Source: Chiloscyllium plagiosum
Lineage: Eukaryota
Reading direction: 5' to 3'
Assembly: GCF_004010195.1 (NCBI RefSeq)
Contig: NW_025215258.1
Span: forward strand, 23,059-57,185
DNA length: 34,127 nt
Positions 32,501 to 34,127 of this stretch are shown one piece after another. The notes below the pieces were generated by a model. It made no database searches, was not told the DNA's origin, and saw only the letters and a program-made list of their open reading frames with translations. The first letter of the stretch is position 1, and each line of letters begins with the position of its first letter. The position numbers and the translations under genes were made by a program.

Positions 32501-34127
32501 TCCTGTGCCCCAGACTCGAGCAGTTGAACGACTCCCTCCAGTTCCTGTGTCCAGGTCTTGAGCAGTTGAATGACTCCCACCTCTTCCTGTGTCCCAGTCT
32601 CCTGCAGTTTAGTGACTGCTTCCTGTCCCTGTGTCCCAGTCTTGAGCATGATGAGTAACTCCCTCCTGCTGCTGTCTCCCAGTCTCGAACAGTTGAACGA
32701 CTTCCTCCTTTTCCTGTGTCCAAGTCTTGAGCAGTTGAATGACTCCCACCTCTTCCTGTGTCCCAGTCTCGAGCAGTTGAATTACTCTCTCCACTTCCTG
32801 TGTCCCAGTCTCGAGCAGTTGAATTACTCCCTCCTGTTCCTGTGTCCCAGTCTCCTGCAGTTGACTGACTCTATCCTGTTCCTGTGTCCCAGTCTCGAGT
32901 AGTTGAATGACTCCCTCCTGCTCCTGTGTCCCAGTCTCGAACAGGTGAGTGACTCCCTCCTGTACCTGAGTCCCAGCCTCGAGCAGTTGAATGACTCTCC
33001 TGTTGCTGTGTCCCAGTCTCGAGCATTTGAGCGTCTCCCTCCTGTTCCTGTGTCCCAGTCTCGAGCGGTTGAGTGACTCCCTCCTGTTCCTGAGTCCCAT
33101 TCTCGAGCATTTGAGTGAATCCCTCCTGTTCCTGTGCCCCAGTCTCGAGCAGTTGAGTGACTGCCTCCTGTTCCTGTGGCCCAGTCTCGAGCAGTTGAGT
33201 GATTCCCTCCTGTTCCTGTGTCCCTTTTTTGAGCATTTGACTGACTCCCTCCTGTACCTGTGTCCCAGACCCGAGCAGATGAGTGACTCCCATCTGTTCC
33301 TGTGTCCCAGACTCGAGCAGTTATGTGACACCTTCCTGCACCTGTGTCCTAGTCTCGCGCAGTTGAGTGACTGTCTTCTGTCACAGTGTCTCAGTCTCGA
33401 GCAGTTGAACGACTCCCTCCTGTTCCTGTGTCCCAGTCTCGAGCAGTTGAATGACTCCCATCTGTTCCTCTGTCCCAGTCTCGTGCAGTTGAGTGACTGT
33501 CTTTTGTCATAGTGTCGTAGTCTCGAGCAGTTGGACGACTCCCTCCTGTTCCTGTGTCCCAGTCTCGAGCAGTTGAATGACTCCACCTGTTCCTGTGTCC
33601 CAGTCTCGAGCAGTTGAATGACTCCCTCCTGTTCCTGTGTCCCAGTCTCGAGCAGTTGAATGACTCCTTCCTGCCCCTATGTCCCAGTCTCGAGCATGTT
33701 GAGAGACTCCCTCCTGTTCCTGTCTCCCAGTCTCGAACATTCGAATGACTCCCTCCTGTTCCTGTTTCCCAGTCTCGAGCAGTTGAGTTACTCCCACCTG
33801 TTCCTGTGTGCCAGTCTCGAACAGTTGAACGACTCCCTCATGTTCCTGTGTCCCAGTCTCGAGCAGTTGAATTTCTCCCTCCTGTTCCTGTGTCGCAGTC
33901 TCGAGCAGTTGAATTACTCCCTCCTGTTCCTGTTTGCCAGTCTCGAGCAGTTGAATGACTCCCTCCTGTACCTGAGTCCCAGTCTCGAGCAGTTGAGTGA
34001 CTGCCTCCTGTTCCTGTGTCCCAGTTTCGAACATTTGAGTGACTTCCTCCTGTTCCTGCGTCGCAGTATCGATGAGTTGAATGACTCCCTCCTGTTTTTG
34101 TGTCCCAGTCTCGAGCAGTTGAATGAC
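26572..34127 (+). repeat. 42-bp satellite array (~180 units, runs off the window end)
   Basis: Consensus CTCGAGCAGTTGA(G/A)TGACTCCCTCCTGTTCCTGTGTCCCAGT repeated continuously. The ORF track shows the 14-codon period (LEQLSDSLLFLCPS). Confidence 0.99.

Noticed and set aside
26455..34034. Long ORFs (up to 702 aa) resembling leucine-rich-repeat or involucrin-like proteins
   Set aside because: They arise from a stop-poor 42-bp monomer, occur on both strands in overlapping frames, switch frame at indel variants, and have no unique domain or clear gene structure.
26572..34127. CRISPR-like array
   Set aside because: Monomers are contiguous with no unique spacers, there are no cas genes, and the context is vertebrate.

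Overview
Eukaryotic, transposon-saturated non-coding DNA from a gapped scaffold. It is most likely a cartilaginous fish (shark), inferred from the recognisable HE1-type V-SINE and the CR1, Penelope and Gmr1 families. I find no intact protein-coding gene. Bases 1-26.5 kb are a nested patchwork of decayed CR1-group, L2 and L1 LINEs, Penelope-like elements (several with hammerhead-ribozyme-like cores), SINEs, a SCAN-containing Gmr1-type Gypsy element (Gag-PR-IN-RT order) and a solo LTR. Bases ~26570-34127 are a young 42-bp satellite (CTCGAGCAGTTGAGTGACTCCCTCCTGTTCCTGTGTCCCAGT) with irregular higher-order structure. The most interesting observation is that this satellite aligns with an old, degenerate 42-bp repeat (approx. 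CTCGAGGGGCTGAATGGCCTCCTCCTGTTCCTGTGTAACAGG) found at four places in the window. One of these patches lies nearly in phase at the satellite's start, and the old monomer resembles a CR1 LINE 3' tail. All family assignments come from motif recognition by eye, with no database search. I see no convincing novel gene system.
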